Below, piece after piece: positions 10,770 to 20,596 of a stretch of DNA of 64,000 nt. This DNA comes from Bacteroidota bacterium. GTDB taxonomy: Bacteria > Bacteroidota > Ignavibacteria > Kapaibacteriales > Kapaibacteriaceae. The notes under the pieces were generated by a model, which ran no database searches, was not told the DNA's origin, and saw only the letters and a program-made list of their open reading frames with translations. The DNA lies in contig JBDKEN010000002.1 of the NCBI GenBank assembly GCA_039795225.1, forward strand, positions 1,012,880 through 1,076,879. Direction: 5' to 3'. How positions within the stretch are numbered: the stretch's first letter is position 1; each line of letters opens with the position of its first letter. Both the position numbers and the translations under genes were made by a program.

Positions 10770-13700
10770 ATGAGCCGCAGACTGCTATTCCTTGTTCTCA
10801 TGACGGGGCTGATGGGCGTTTCGCTAGCGTTCGCAGCCAACGAAAAGGATGGCGAGGACGTGTTGCGTAAGAGTGGACCGCGCACACCCGTTGCGTCGTA
10901 TCCACAGCCATTCACAGCGAATGGCGTTAACGCACGCACGAACCCAGCTATCTCGACCGGATACTACTTTGTGGATTCGGATGACGAAGCGCCAGATTTT
11001 TGGCGTCCAGATCCATCGCAGTTTGTCGACACGCTCACCGAACCAGGTACGTGGCGCCGAATTGTGTCTGGTCCAAAGCAGCTGCCAAATGCGTACTGGA
11101 CTGATCCAGCCCAGAACGTCTACGGGGGCTTTGCATTTTTCCGCAACCCGGGAGATGCACGCGACTCAACCGATGACGCGTTTGCCGGTCCGATCTCGAT
11201 TGGCTTCCCGTTCTATTTCAACGGTGTCCGTCAGGACTCGTTCTACGTTTCAACGAACGGTCTGATTGCGCTGTCGAATCGCCGCTACTTCTACAACGTC
11301 GACCAGTTTGGCTATCCTACGGGACGCACATCTCTGGAAGTTCGCCCAGGCGTTTTTTCGGCCTATGACCCGGCATCAGACGATACTCGCTCGCGCAGCG
11401 GTGATGGTATGTCAGATGCTACGCTCGATAACTGGGGTTACAACAATATAGCGTGCGGTGGTTCACCAACAAATGCTACAGCCGGTATTCGTACCAAGAC
11501 CAACCGAATGCTTGACGCAGGAAACATCTCCTCAATTTGGGGTTCAACGCTGCCACAGCTTATTGCTCCAGCTTGGGACGATCTCCAGGTGTCGGTCTAC
11601 AACTCAAACGATAACGCTGTTGATGATTATTCGCGTGTCTACTTCAAGCGTTCGCCGTCGAACGACAAGCTGATCATCTATTACGTGAACCTGACGCCAA
11701 TTGGCACAAAGCAGGCACGTGTGGGGGGCGCACCATTGCAGACGGTTAACTTCGTCGCGAATAATCGTCCTAACTTCGGTGAGCACTACCGCTTCTCTCT
11801 GCAGGTGTCGCTCAACCGCAATGACAGCTCGGTTGTCATTCAGTACGAGCGCTTCTCGGGTATCGCTCCACGTGGTGCGATTCAGGCATATCCAGCAACT
11901 GTGTGGATGCGTTGTAACTCAACGGTCGGTGTGACCGGTCCAGCTCGCCGCTTGAACTGGAACGGTTTCCCAAATGCGATGCCAGCCATCACGACGCTGG
12001 ATCACAGCGTTCCAAAGTATACGCAGAGCACAGAGTATTTGTTCAATGTTGAAACAGATCCACAGGGTGGTGTTCGCGCCATCAGCTCACGGAACGATGA
12101 TAACACCGTTCCGAAGGACTTCCTGGCGATCAAGTTCAAACAGTTCCGTAACACGCTTCGCGTTATCAACGTGTCGTATCGTGTGCGTGCTCAGAACCCT
12201 AACGCCAATCTTGCCTTCTCGGTCGTAGTTCCTCCGGCACAAGCAAACAACTACGAACTTCTCGCTGGAGAAGATCGTCTCGGTGCTATCCAGCCAGTTG
12301 CTATCGTTCAGAGCCTCACGAACGATATTCAAGGCCCACAGGGTGCGAATTACGTTCCACAGGGTACGAACTTCCGCGTTCGATTCCGCATCGTGAACGA
12401 AGCTACTGGTAAGATTGTCTACAACACATCTCGTGCCGTCACAGATGCCGCTCTTCGCGATACCAACATCTCACAGGTGTTCCGCTGCGACATTAACGGT
12501 AACAATCAGCCATATCAGCCAGCTGGCACCTTCGTACTCCCGTATGAGTTCATTAAGGTGATCTTCCCGCCGTTCGAGCCAAATCCGTTCATTGATGACC
12601 AAATTGGTCGTCTGCAAACGACGGTTATTGCCGAGCCGAAGGACTCTATCAACCAGCCAATTGGTGATCAGTGGCCGTTCGACGATACGACAAGTATCCG
12701 CATCTTCTCGATGCGCCGTCTGTCATCGTTCTCTGATGATGTCAACGAGTATCACCTCATCGGTGGTGCCGCTATGCCATCGGTCTTGAAGTGGGTTAAC
12801 ATCGAATCTGAAGTTGTTGATGGTGACGAAGTCACAAACAACCCACCGCCACCACGGGGTGAGTACGCAGCTGCGAATTCGGATGTCTTCCGTCTCAAGT
12901 CGCCTGTTATCCGTATGAACCGCGTGAACCTCGCTACGGTTGATATTCCGCCAGCAGGACAATACGGTGGTGATGAACTCCGTTCGTTCCCAATCAACCT
13001 TGTCCGCAAGAAGCGCGCTGTACTCTCGATCTCGTATCAGCGTTCTGGTAAGCTTACCAACATTGGTCGTGGATTCTCGGATAACCGTCTGATTGGTCCT
13101 GAGCACCGTGTCAATATGACTGCGGTCAACGGATTCACACCTGGTTACCGTAACCCTGACCAAGTTCTCGTCGAGTTTGCTCGTCCTTCAAACGATGGTA
13201 TCACAGGAATCACGAACATTCAGCAGTGGATTCTTGACTATCAGGGTCGCGCTGCCCAGTACATGCAGCCATTCCGTATTTGGGGTGGTGGTGGTTTTGC
13301 TCGCGGTTTCGACCTTGCCGATTACAACCTCCAGCTGAACAATACTGCAACGCCTCCACTTGGTGGTCTTCGTGAAGACCTCTTCGATGATGGTAAGGAC
13401 AACGAGTACTACAAGGTCACGATCCCAATTCCAGATACGGTTCTTCGTTGGGTGAATGAAGGCGCGCGGAACTTCCGTTTCCGTCTTCGTGCGAACTGTT
13501 TGATGAACTCGCAGCCACCAGCTCCGGCTGACGATGAGGATAACTTCTACATCGATAACGTGAAGCTTCTCTTCCCAGACGAAGTCACGGACATTGAGTT
13601 CAGCAATATTCAGCTGATCTGGCCATACACGATGGCACCAGCGTCGCAGGCCACACGCGTTCCAATTCGCGTGAAGCTCTCGAACAACACGAACATTGCT

Positions 13701-15494
13701 GCTCCTGCTTTCTCGGTTCGTCTTTGGATCCGTCCAGACGGTAACGAGGATCAGGCCATCTATTGCCGTACGATTACAGTTCCAACACTTGGTGGTAACC
13801 GTGAAGTTGTGCTTCCGTTCCCAGATGCCAACTTCCGTACGACAACACCTGGTCAGTACAAGGTTGCTGGTCGTATCTACTTCCCAGGCAATGACCTTGA
13901 CACGCTGAACGACTCAACGTTCACAATGTTCCGTATGACATTCGGTCCATCGTTTGCATACGAGACAAACCCAACGAATCCAGTGAACGACGTTCCTAAG
14001 CTCCAGTTCTCTGGTATCACTGGTAAGGGTCTCAACCATGGTGGAGCATCAGCCGGTGGTAACGGTTCAGGATGGCAGTCACCACTGACTGGTCCTACTG
14101 TTCAGTACACAGCTGGATCAACATGGGGTACGTTCCCAGCCGCTCTTTCTGCTGACCAGATGTATGGTGCAGACGCTGGTAACGCTTCTGGTCAGATCGC
14201 GGTTCGCTTTACTCTGTATTCACAGGATACACTCGCCGGTTACCAGGCATTCTGGGGCGAACTCAACCAAGACGTGCTGAACATCTCCTTCTCGCTCTAT
14301 CGCGATCAGGGAGGTCAGCCTGGCGATGAGCGTATTGCAAACTCAACGATCCTTCGTCGTCGTGGTGAAGATGAAACTGGTGCATTTGCTGAACCACAGT
14401 TCGGTAAGTATGTCACGTATCTGCTGAACACGCCTGTTGTTATTCCACCAGGTGAGTACTGGGCTTCGGTTGCTCAGACGGGTACAGAAGGCTACGAACT
14501 CGGTGCATCCGAAACACGCATGGGTCTTGTCACGACGTTCTATTCAGATGTTCCTGTGTTCGGTCTTGGTAACCGCTCGCTGATCATCGACAAGAACTTC
14601 CGCGTTCGTACACGTACAGGATTCCTGAACGACAATCGCTTTGCCTACGAAGCAACACGCTTCAGCGGTGATTGGGTGCCGTTTACTCCAACAGTTGGTA
14701 ACCCAGGTTATGCACACTTGGATGCTATGGGTACAAGCCTTGGGTATTCTACGTTCACACGTGGTTCGTGGATTCCATTGCTCCGTCCATTCTTCGGCAA
14801 TCGTTCATTCTCGAATCCTCCGCAGTTTGTTCCGTGCGAAAACCTCCCAGTTGAACTTTCATTCTTCGATGCACGCGGTCGTGCCTCCGGCGTGGATATC
14901 TTCTGGGAAACAGCAACGGAAAAGAACAACGTTGGCTTCCATGTTGAGCGTCGCGCTGTCAAGGAAGTAATGAACCTTTCTACAGGCAAGGCCTCGATGA
15001 ATTGCGTTGACAACACGACAGATGTCGAAAACCCATGGAAGTCCATCGGATTCGTTGCAGGTGCCGGCAACTCGAACACAACACAGAATTACAAGCACTT
15101 TGATGCTGATGTCACAGCGGGAACGATTTATCAGTATCGTCTCCGTCAGGTAGATGCCAGCGGTGCTATGAACTTCTCCAATGTGGTCAACGTTGAGTTT
15201 GGTGCTTCAAACGAAGTAGCATTGGACAATAGCTATCCAAACCCATCGAATGGCAAGACGACGTTTGCCTTCACTGTGCCAGCTACATCAAAGGTTAAGC
15301 TTGAGGTGTATGACCTCATGGGCAATGTCGTGAAGACAGTCTATGATGCTGTCGTCGCTGGTCAGCAAACAGCGTATGCAGTTGAATGGGATGGACGTGG
15401 AAATGATGGTGCTGATGTCGTGAGTGGCTCGTACATGTACAAGCTCACAGTCGGCGAGACAGTTCTTTCGAAGACGCTCACCATCGTCCGCTAA
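10770..15494 (+). CDS. very large secreted protein of unknown function with a T9SS C-terminal sorting domain
   Basis: About 1575 aa after choosing the Met that precedes the signal peptide (MSRRLLFLVLMTGLMGVSLAFA). The last ~90 aa match the Por_Secre_tail/T9SS CTD pattern (YPNPSNGKTTFAF...VKLEVYDLMGNVVKTV...WDGRGNDGADVVSGSYMYKL). Asn/Thr/Gly-rich and predicted beta-rich. No catalytic motif recognised. Confidence 0.85.
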   Translation: MSRRLLFLVLMTGLMGVSLAFAANEKDGEDVLRKSGPRTPVASYPQPFTANGVNARTNPAISTGYYFVDSDDEAPDFWRPDPSQFVDTLTEPGTWRRIVSGPKQLPNAYWTDPAQNVYGGFAFFRNPGDARDSTDDAFAGPISIGFPFYFNGVRQDSFYVSTNGLIALSNRRYFYNVDQFGYPTGRTSLEVRPGVFSAYDPASDDTRSRSGDGMSDATLDNWGYNNIACGGSPTNATAGIRTKTNRMLDAGNISSIWGSTLPQLIAPAWDDLQVSVYNSNDNAVDDYSRVYFKRSPSNDKLIIYYVNLTPIGTKQARVGGAPLQTVNFVANNRPNFGEHYRFSLQVSLNRNDSSVVIQYERFSGIAPRGAIQAYPATVWMRCNSTVGVTGPARRLNWNGFPNAMPAITTLDHSVPKYTQSTEYLFNVETDPQGGVRAISSRNDDNTVPKDFLAIKFKQFRNTLRVINVSYRVRAQNPNANLAFSVVVPPAQANNYELLAGEDRLGAIQPVAIVQSLTNDIQGPQGANYVPQGTNFRVRFRIVNEATGKIVYNTSRAVTDAALRDTNISQVFRCDINGNNQPYQPAGTFVLPYEFIKVIFPPFEPNPFIDDQIGRLQTTVIAEPKDSINQPIGDQWPFDDTTSIRIFSMRRLSSFSDDVNEYHLIGGAAMPSVLKWVNIESEVVDGDEVTNNPPPPRGEYAAANSDVFRLKSPVIRMNRVNLATVDIPPAGQYGGDELRSFPINLVRKKRAVLSISYQRSGKLTNIGRGFSDNRLIGPEHRVNMTAVNGFTPGYRNPDQVLVEFARPSNDGITGITNIQQWILDYQGRAAQYMQPFRIWGGGGFARGFDLADYNLQLNNTATPPLGGLREDLFDDGKDNEYYKVTIPIPDTVLRWVNEGARNFRFRLRANCLMNSQPPAPADDEDNFYIDNVKLLFPDEVTDIEFSNIQLIWPYTMAPASQATRVPIRVKLSNNTNIAAPAFSVRLWIRPDGNEDQAIYCRTITVPTLGGNREVVLPFPDANFRTTTPGQYKVAGRIYFPGNDLDTLNDSTFTMFRMTFGPSFAYETNPTNPVNDVPKLQFSGITGKGLNHGGASAGGNGSGWQSPLTGPTVQYTAGSTWGTFPAALSADQMYGADAGNASGQIAVRFTLYSQDTLAGYQAFWGELNQDVLNISFSLYRDQGGQPGDERIANSTILRRRGEDETGAFAEPQFGKYVTYLLNTPVVIPPGEYWASVAQTGTEGYELGASETRMGLVTTFYSDVPVFGLGNRSLIIDKNFRVRTRTGFLNDNRFAYEATRFSGDWVPFTPTVGNPGYAHLDAMGTSLGYSTFTRGSWIPLLRPFFGNRSFSNPPQFVPCENLPVELSFFDARGRASGVDIFWETATEKNNVGFHVERRAVKEVMNLSTGKASMNCVDNTTDVENPWKSIGFVAGAGNSNTTQNYKHFDADVTAGTIYQYRLRQVDASGAMNFSNVVNVEFGASNEVALDNSYPNPSNGKTTFAFTVPATSKVKLEVYDLMGNVVKTVYDAVVAGQQTAYAVEWDGRGNDGADVVSGSYMYKLTVGETVLSKTLTIVR

Positions 15495-15517
15495 GAAAAT
15501 AGACCTAGTAACCACAA

Positions 15518-15556
15518 AGCCCCCGGCGTTTACGTCGGGGGCTTTTCATTTTATAC
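15518..15556 (+). terminator. rho-independent terminator of the large T9SS-cargo gene
   Basis: AAAGCCCCCGGCG-TTTA-CGTCGGGGGCTTTTCATTTT: a GC-rich hairpin followed by a U-tract, 24 nt after the stop. Confidence 0.65.
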
Positions 15557-15570
15557 GGATATTCGCAACT

Positions 15571-16545
15571 ATGAAACAGTACGAACTTTCTACGGATGTG
15601 CGCGAAGCTCTGCGGCTCCAACGTGAGGCAATTGACCTGCTTGCAGATTGCATCGACAGTGAATTCGATAGGGCTGTTGAGGCTATTCTTCATGCGAACG
15701 GCGTTGTAGCAACTGGCGTCGGGAAATCAGGCCTTATTGCCCGCAAGTTTGCGGCTTCTTTGGCGAGTATTGGTGTTCGGGCAACGTACATCCATCCAGT
15801 TGATGCCGTTCATGGTGATCTGGGAAATGTGTACCCAAGTTCAGTTTTGGTACTCTTTTCAAAGAGCGGTGAAACAGTCGAACTCAACGAGTTGGTTCGG
15901 GTACTTCCTGATCCATCTGTGCAGACTGTGTGTATTACGTCACGCAAGAGCTCGACGCTTTCAGAGCATTGCGATATTCAGTTGATCGCTCCAATTGTTC
16001 GAGAGTATGATTCGTCGAACTTGCTTCCAACAGCCAGCACGACGCAGGCGCTGATCCTGGCGGATCTCCTCGTTGTTCGTGTAGCGAACCAAAAGCCAGA
16101 CGCGCTTATTGCTCTTGAGCGGTCACATCCTCACGGAACGATCGGCTCGTTACTCAGCAAGCAGGTTGCGTTATATATGCACTCAGGAGAAAGCACTCCA
16201 GTGTGCGATTTGGCGACATCAGTGCAAGAAGCGGTGCATATTCTTGACCGAACAGCATTGGGGATTGTGTGTGTGGTGGACAGTACCTGGCAGCTTGTGG
16301 GTGTCCTCACTGACGGCGATGTTCGCCGCCTAGTCGAACGAGGCTGTGCTCTCGAGAGCATCATGATTTCTGAAGTAATGACTGTCGAGCCCGTAGTGGT
16401 CGGTCCAACAACATCATTGCATCAAGCGTTGCTGCTCATGGAGTCACGTGACCGGCAGATCGGTGTTGTGCCGGTCGTTGAAAACCGTAAACTGCTCGGT
16501 GTCATCCGTTTGCACGATATCGTGCGTGCGCAGTTGCAATCGTAG
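15571..16545 (+). CDS. kdsD: arabinose-5-phosphate isomerase (KpsF/GutQ family; SIS plus tandem CBS domains)
   Basis: Start placed at the internal Met (MKQYELSTD); the upstream part of the ORF overlaps the previous gene and its terminator. SIS motif GVGKSGLIARKFAASLASIG and C-terminal CBS pair (VMTVEPVVV...VVENRKLLGVIRLHDIV). Confidence 0.85.
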   Translation: MKQYELSTDVREALRLQREAIDLLADCIDSEFDRAVEAILHANGVVATGVGKSGLIARKFAASLASIGVRATYIHPVDAVHGDLGNVYPSSVLVLFSKSGETVELNELVRVLPDPSVQTVCITSRKSSTLSEHCDIQLIAPIVREYDSSNLLPTASTTQALILADLLVVRVANQKPDALIALERSHPHGTIGSLLSKQVALYMHSGESTPVCDLATSVQEAVHILDRTALGIVCVVDSTWQLVGVLTDGDVRRLVERGCALESIMISEVMTVEPVVVGPTTSLHQALLLMESRDRQIGVVPVVENRKLLGVIRLHDIVRAQLQS

Positions 16546-16551
16546 CCGAAA

Positions 16552-17595
16552 CTATCGTACGCTGCGAGGCGGAGTCTTGGTGATTTTTGCTTCTGGACGC
16601 TTTTTCCCAGAGGATCGACCCTGACGGGTCTCGGCACTCTTACGTTTGGCAATGGCAGACTTGCGTTGTTCGAGCTTGCGCTGGAGTCGTTCCTGCTGCC
16701 GCACCGAGCGTATCGAGTCGCGTTTTCTCTGTTCGATGATCGAGTCACGACGTGCCAGCTCTGGGTTGGCAGGGGGCGTCACCATCTTGGTTGACGAATT
16801 TGAAGCAGTTACTTCAGTGCGCGTAATGACGAGTTCACGCAGGACCTCGCCCCTTCGACCGTAGATCGGCAATTGCGTTCCATTTCGTGAGAATTGAATC
16901 GCCCCTGCATTGAAGATGTTGCTCACTGTGAACCGTTTCATCGCGCTCCAGCGGTACTCAGTCTCTGGAAAGATGATGAACTTTTGATAGCGCACACCAT
17001 CCATTGTAACCGTTAACTCGGCGGTATCACGAGCGATCGCTGTGAGAATGAGGCTGTCCTGAGGTTCGGCATCTGAAACGTCAACAATTTCCTCGGGGAT
17101 TGTCCCAGGATCTGATTTTTTTGACGAATGCAGAATCCACCAAGAAAGGGCAACAAGGGCGACAACGCAGAGAGCAACGATTCCAAGCCGGCGCACATTC
17201 CACGTGCCGTTGGGTGCGATCCAGCCACGTGCAGCAGTCAAGAGGCGATTGGCGTCGGATGTAAGAGTTGCCAAAACATCCGCTTCCGGCTGGTTGGTAG
17301 GAGCCTGTCCTTTACTATCAGCTGAAGCGTCGAACACACCACGCTTCTGCGGCGCGCTACCTTCACCATCAAGACACTGTGTTATGAGACGGTTGATTTC
17401 ACTCGCCGGAATTCCAAGCTCTGCGCCCAGCGTTCGAATAAATGAGCGAACGTATACTGCGGGAAGAACGTTGTACGAACTATGCTCAAGAGCTTGGATG
17501 TACGGCTCCCGTATCTTCGTCTTCTGTGCAAGATCGAAGGTCGAAAGTCCGCGGCGCACGCGTTCTTGTTGGAGCCGTTGTGCGAGTTGATCCAT
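16552..17595 (-). CDS. rodZ: RodZ-like cytoskeleton protein (HTH_25 + TM + DUF4115) with a basic C-terminal tail
   Basis: XRE-type HTH (LAQRLQQERVRRGLSTFDLAQKTKIREPYIQALE), one TM segment, then a RodZ C-terminal-like domain and a Lys/Arg/Gln-rich tail. Start set at M74; the longer listed ORF would overlap the divergent downstream gene by about 130 nt. Confidence 0.7.
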   Translation of the reverse strand: MDQLAQRLQQERVRRGLSTFDLAQKTKIREPYIQALEHSSYNVLPAVYVRSFIRTLGAELGIPASEINRLITQCLDGEGSAPQKRGVFDASADSKGQAPTNQPEADVLATLTSDANRLLTAARGWIAPNGTWNVRRLGIVALCVVALVALSWWILHSSKKSDPGTIPEEIVDVSDAEPQDSLILTAIARDTAELTVTMDGVRYQKFIIFPETEYRWSAMKRFTVSNIFNAGAIQFSRNGTQLPIYGRRGEVLRELVITRTEVTASNSSTKMVTPPANPELARRDSIIEQRKRDSIRSVRQQERLQRKLEQRKSAIAKRKSAETRQGRSSGKKRPEAKITKTPPRSVR

Positions 17596-17685
17596 TGTTA
17601 TCCATGGACCGGTTCGTAGAGATGAACTGCCCACAAATATGATGGAAAACGGCCGATGCAATTGCATTAAAATTGTGGTACTAGC

Positions 17686-18237
17686 ATGAATTCTTTTCAA
17701 GATGGATGGACAGTCTTTCAGCATGGGGCATACGTGGCATTTGCCTTCTCCGTGCTGCTGTTTGGCGCCCTTGCATTCCGTCAAATTCTTGACGATCTCG
17801 AGATGCGTCGGCAACGAAGTGGAGAGGATCTGCTTCTTCTCTACAGTGCACCAGGGTTGTTGCTATTGATGCTTGGAGTCAGTCTGACCGTCGCAGTGGG
17901 CGTGTTTTGCTATTCGCTGCAACCGCCAACGGTCTTTCGGCATGCATTGCCCCTTGTAGGAGGGGTTCAGATGGCACAGATATACCTCCGGCTGCATTTT
18001 CAGCGCACCCGCCTTCGTACTCTGGCTATTGTTGTTCGGCCGATTGTTCGGCCGGGACCGATCGTCTTGAAATACGCAGATATCGCGAGTGTTGAGTTTG
18101 TTGATGCAAGGTTATGGACCACGGTCCGCCTGACGGGTCGGCAGGGACAGGACGTGACCTTTCGTATTTTTCCCTTCCGACGCGAGGCGTTAGAGTCGCG
18201 TTTGCGTCTTTCAACAAATCCAGAACTTCACTACTAA
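17686..18237 (+). CDS. hypothetical membrane protein (2 TM + soluble C-terminal domain)
   Basis: 183 aa with two predicted TM helices (AYVAFAFSVLLFGALAF; LLLMLGVSLTVAVGVFCY) and a ~90-aa C-terminal domain. First gene of the coupled DUF operon. Confidence 0.5.
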   Translation: MNSFQDGWTVFQHGAYVAFAFSVLLFGALAFRQILDDLEMRRQRSGEDLLLLYSAPGLLLLMLGVSLTVAVGVFCYSLQPPTVFRHALPLVGGVQMAQIYLRLHFQRTRLRTLAIVVRPIVRPGPIVLKYADIASVEFVDARLWTTVRLTGRQGQDVTFRIFPFRREALESRLRLSTNPELHY

Positions 18238-18273
18238 CTGGGCAATGATGCCCTGATTACGGTCCAGACAACC

Positions 18274-19632
18274 ATGAAATCATCGATTCGCATTGCTTCC
18301 GGTCAAGGTTTCTGGGGTGACCTCCAGAAAGCCCCCTACGAACAAGTCACACGAGGTCCTATTGACTACCTCGTGATGGACTATCTGGCCGAAGTGACAA
18401 TGTCGATCTTGCAGAAGCAGCGAATGCGCAACCCCGAGTTGGGGTATGCCAAGGATTTGATCGATGTCTGTGAGCAGATTCTTCCGACGCTCGTTGAACG
18501 TGGCATCACCTTGATCACCAACGGAGGCGGTGTGAACCCTCTGGCTGCCCGAGATCGCATCTTCGAGGTGGCGCGGCGGCTAGGGATTACGGGCCTGAAG
18601 ATTGGGGTTGTTCTCGGTGATGATATCCTTCCTGAGATTGACTCCCTTATTGAGTCCGGCCACGAACTCCGTCATATGGAAACTGGCGAGCCGATTGCTG
18701 CGGTGAAGGATAAGTTACTCAGTGCAAATGTCTACACTGGAGCCTGGCCTGTTGTGGAGGCACTGAAAGCCGGAGCGCAAATCATCATCACGGGTCGAAC
18801 AACGGACACTGGCCTGACTCTAGCCCCGATGATTCATGAGTTTGGCTGGTCTGAAACAGACTGGGACCTCCTTGCCGCTGGTACTGTTGCTGGTCACATC
18901 AATGAATGTGGTGCCCAGGCTACTGGTGGGAATTTCCTCGGAGATTGGAAATCTGTTCCAAATCTGGCTGATGTTGGATTCCCGATTATTGAGGCCTATC
19001 CCGATGGAACATTTGTCGTAACAAAACATGAAGGTACTGGTGGTCTCGTAACTCGTGAGACGGTAAGTGAGCAGCTCATGTATGAGATTGGTGATCCAAC
19101 CTCGTACATCACGCCCGACTGTATTGCTGATTTTTCGTCAATCTGCCTTGAGGATCTCGGCGCAGATCGAGTGCGCGTGTTTGGTATCAAGGGCCGTCCA
19201 TACACACCAACCTACAAGATCAGTGCGTCCTATCTTGATGGGTTTGTAGCCTTTGGCTCACTCACATATTCAGCACCGGAGGCGTACGAAAAGGCCCGTG
19301 CGGCTGATGCGATCCTTCGCAAACGCCTTGATATGCTTGGACTAACCTTCGATGAAATTCGAACCGAGTACATCGGTATGAATGCTTGCCATGGTGATAT
19401 TGCTCCTTCAATCGTCCCCAATGAAGTGATGATGCGGATCGGCGTGCGGGGGCAGAATAAAAAATCTGTCGAAGCATTTGCCAAAGAGATTGCACCATTA
19501 ATTCTGACTGGTCCTCCGAGCGTTACCGGGTTTTCTGGGGGACGTCCAAAGCCTAGTGATGTGGTTGCCTACTTCCCGGCGTTGCTCGACAAGCGCGTCG
19601 TAACGATGCGTGTACAGGTTGATGCTCTCTAG
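18274..19632 (+). CDS. DUF1446 (AtuA-like) family protein
   Basis: 452 aa. The N-terminal block IDYLVMDYLAEVTMSILQ...GITLITNGGGVNPLAAR...LKIGVVLGDDILPEI matches my recollection of the AtuA/DUF1446 signature (..YLV.E.LAE.T.A..); not database-verified. Confidence 0.75.
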   Translation: MKSSIRIASGQGFWGDLQKAPYEQVTRGPIDYLVMDYLAEVTMSILQKQRMRNPELGYAKDLIDVCEQILPTLVERGITLITNGGGVNPLAARDRIFEVARRLGITGLKIGVVLGDDILPEIDSLIESGHELRHMETGEPIAAVKDKLLSANVYTGAWPVVEALKAGAQIIITGRTTDTGLTLAPMIHEFGWSETDWDLLAAGTVAGHINECGAQATGGNFLGDWKSVPNLADVGFPIIEAYPDGTFVVTKHEGTGGLVTRETVSEQLMYEIGDPTSYITPDCIADFSSICLEDLGADRVRVFGIKGRPYTPTYKISASYLDGFVAFGSLTYSAPEAYEKARAADAILRKRLDMLGLTFDEIRTEYIGMNACHGDIAPSIVPNEVMMRIGVRGQNKKSVEAFAKEIAPLILTGPPSVTGFSGGRPKPSDVVAYFPALLDKRVVTMRVQVDAL

Positions 19633-20596
19633 ATCACTGATGTGGTTGGGACTGTTGTTAGGTGGCGTTGCGAGCGCCCAACAGCAGGATTCGCTCTATC
19701 TCTTCCGCGATGAGTTTACCGATGCAGGCAGACCCCGGTACACATTTTCTGGTGGAACTCCTCGACGTGTTACACAGGTGCAGATTCTTCCAACAGCAAT
19801 CATCGGGACGGCCTACACAGGACTCTTCGTTGGACTACAGGCCCAGATGAGCTCATCGTGGTGGCAACGGCGAGGAACATTCCATGTGCAGGAAGATGGA
19901 GCCTATGCTCGAAACCTTGACAAGGCGGGACATTTCTTCACGGGTTTTACGATGAGCACAATCATGGGGGATGCACTCATGGAGTGCGGCTTTGATTATG
20001 CGACCTCAACATGGCTTGGTTCGACGTTGGGCCTGGCGTATATGACGGCAATTGAGATTCAAGATGGTTATGCCGTAACGTGGGGGTTCTCGCCCTCGGA
20101 TGCCGTTGCAAATCTCACGGGTGCTGCGTTCTATGCTGCTCGAAACCTCATTCCTGAGTTACAGAACGTTACGCCTCGGTGGAGCTACATCCCAGCTCAA
20201 CTGGCAGGGGATCACCCAACCACAGAGCGCCCCTTGACGATTTTCGATGATTATAACGCCACCACATTTTGGTTGAGTTTCAATGTCGAAAACATGCTGC
20301 CGTCCAATCTTGCAGCTGTGTGGCCCGACTGGATGATGATTAGTGTTGGATATGGCTGTCGTGACTACGAGGTTCGGAGCTCTGCTGATGGAGCTCTGCT
20401 TCCAGTCAAACGACGGATGATGATTGGTGTCGACTACGACTGGTTGCGCATTATTCCTGAGTCATCAATCGGCGTGCTGAATTACGTGCGTCAAGGACTC
20501 AACTATCTTCGACTGCCCGGACCGACCCTTGAGATTGGTGATGATGGGGTTCGATTCGCCGTTCTGTATCCGTTTGCTGTTGTGGTGCCATTTTGA
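19610..20596 (+). CDS. secreted DUF2279-like protein
   Basis: 328 aa with a signal peptide (LMWLGLLLGGVASAQQ). Blocks DKAGHFFTGF, GLAYMTAIEIQDGYAVTWGFSPSDAVANLTGAA and YNATTFWLSFN resemble DUF2279 'predicted periplasmic lipoprotein' family members as recalled. Start overlaps the DUF1446 stop, so the exact start is uncertain (19610, 19622 or 19640). Confidence 0.6.
   Translation: MYRLMLSRSLMWLGLLLGGVASAQQQDSLYLFRDEFTDAGRPRYTFSGGTPRRVTQVQILPTAIIGTAYTGLFVGLQAQMSSSWWQRRGTFHVQEDGAYARNLDKAGHFFTGFTMSTIMGDALMECGFDYATSTWLGSTLGLAYMTAIEIQDGYAVTWGFSPSDAVANLTGAAFYAARNLIPELQNVTPRWSYIPAQLAGDHPTTERPLTIFDDYNATTFWLSFNVENMLPSNLAAVWPDWMMISVGYGCRDYEVRSSADGALLPVKRRMMIGVDYDWLRIIPESSIGVLNYVRQGLNYLRLPGPTLEIGDDGVRFAVLYPFAVVVPF

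Noticed and set aside
10698-15494. Numerous antisense and out-of-frame ORFs of 60-150 aa inside the giant T9SS-cargo gene (e.g. 12723..13163 -, 10849..11265 +) and inside other long genes
   Set aside because: This is the typical pattern of a GC-rich coding strand with no stop codons in alternative frames. The translations are low complexity (Arg/Ser/Thr-rich) with no signal or domain features.
17596-17814. Cys-rich 73-codon N-terminal extension of the RodZ-like ORF as a separate zinc-finger domain
   Set aside because: It would overlap the divergently transcribed membrane-protein gene by ~130 nt. The RodZ homology, including the HTH, starts at M74.
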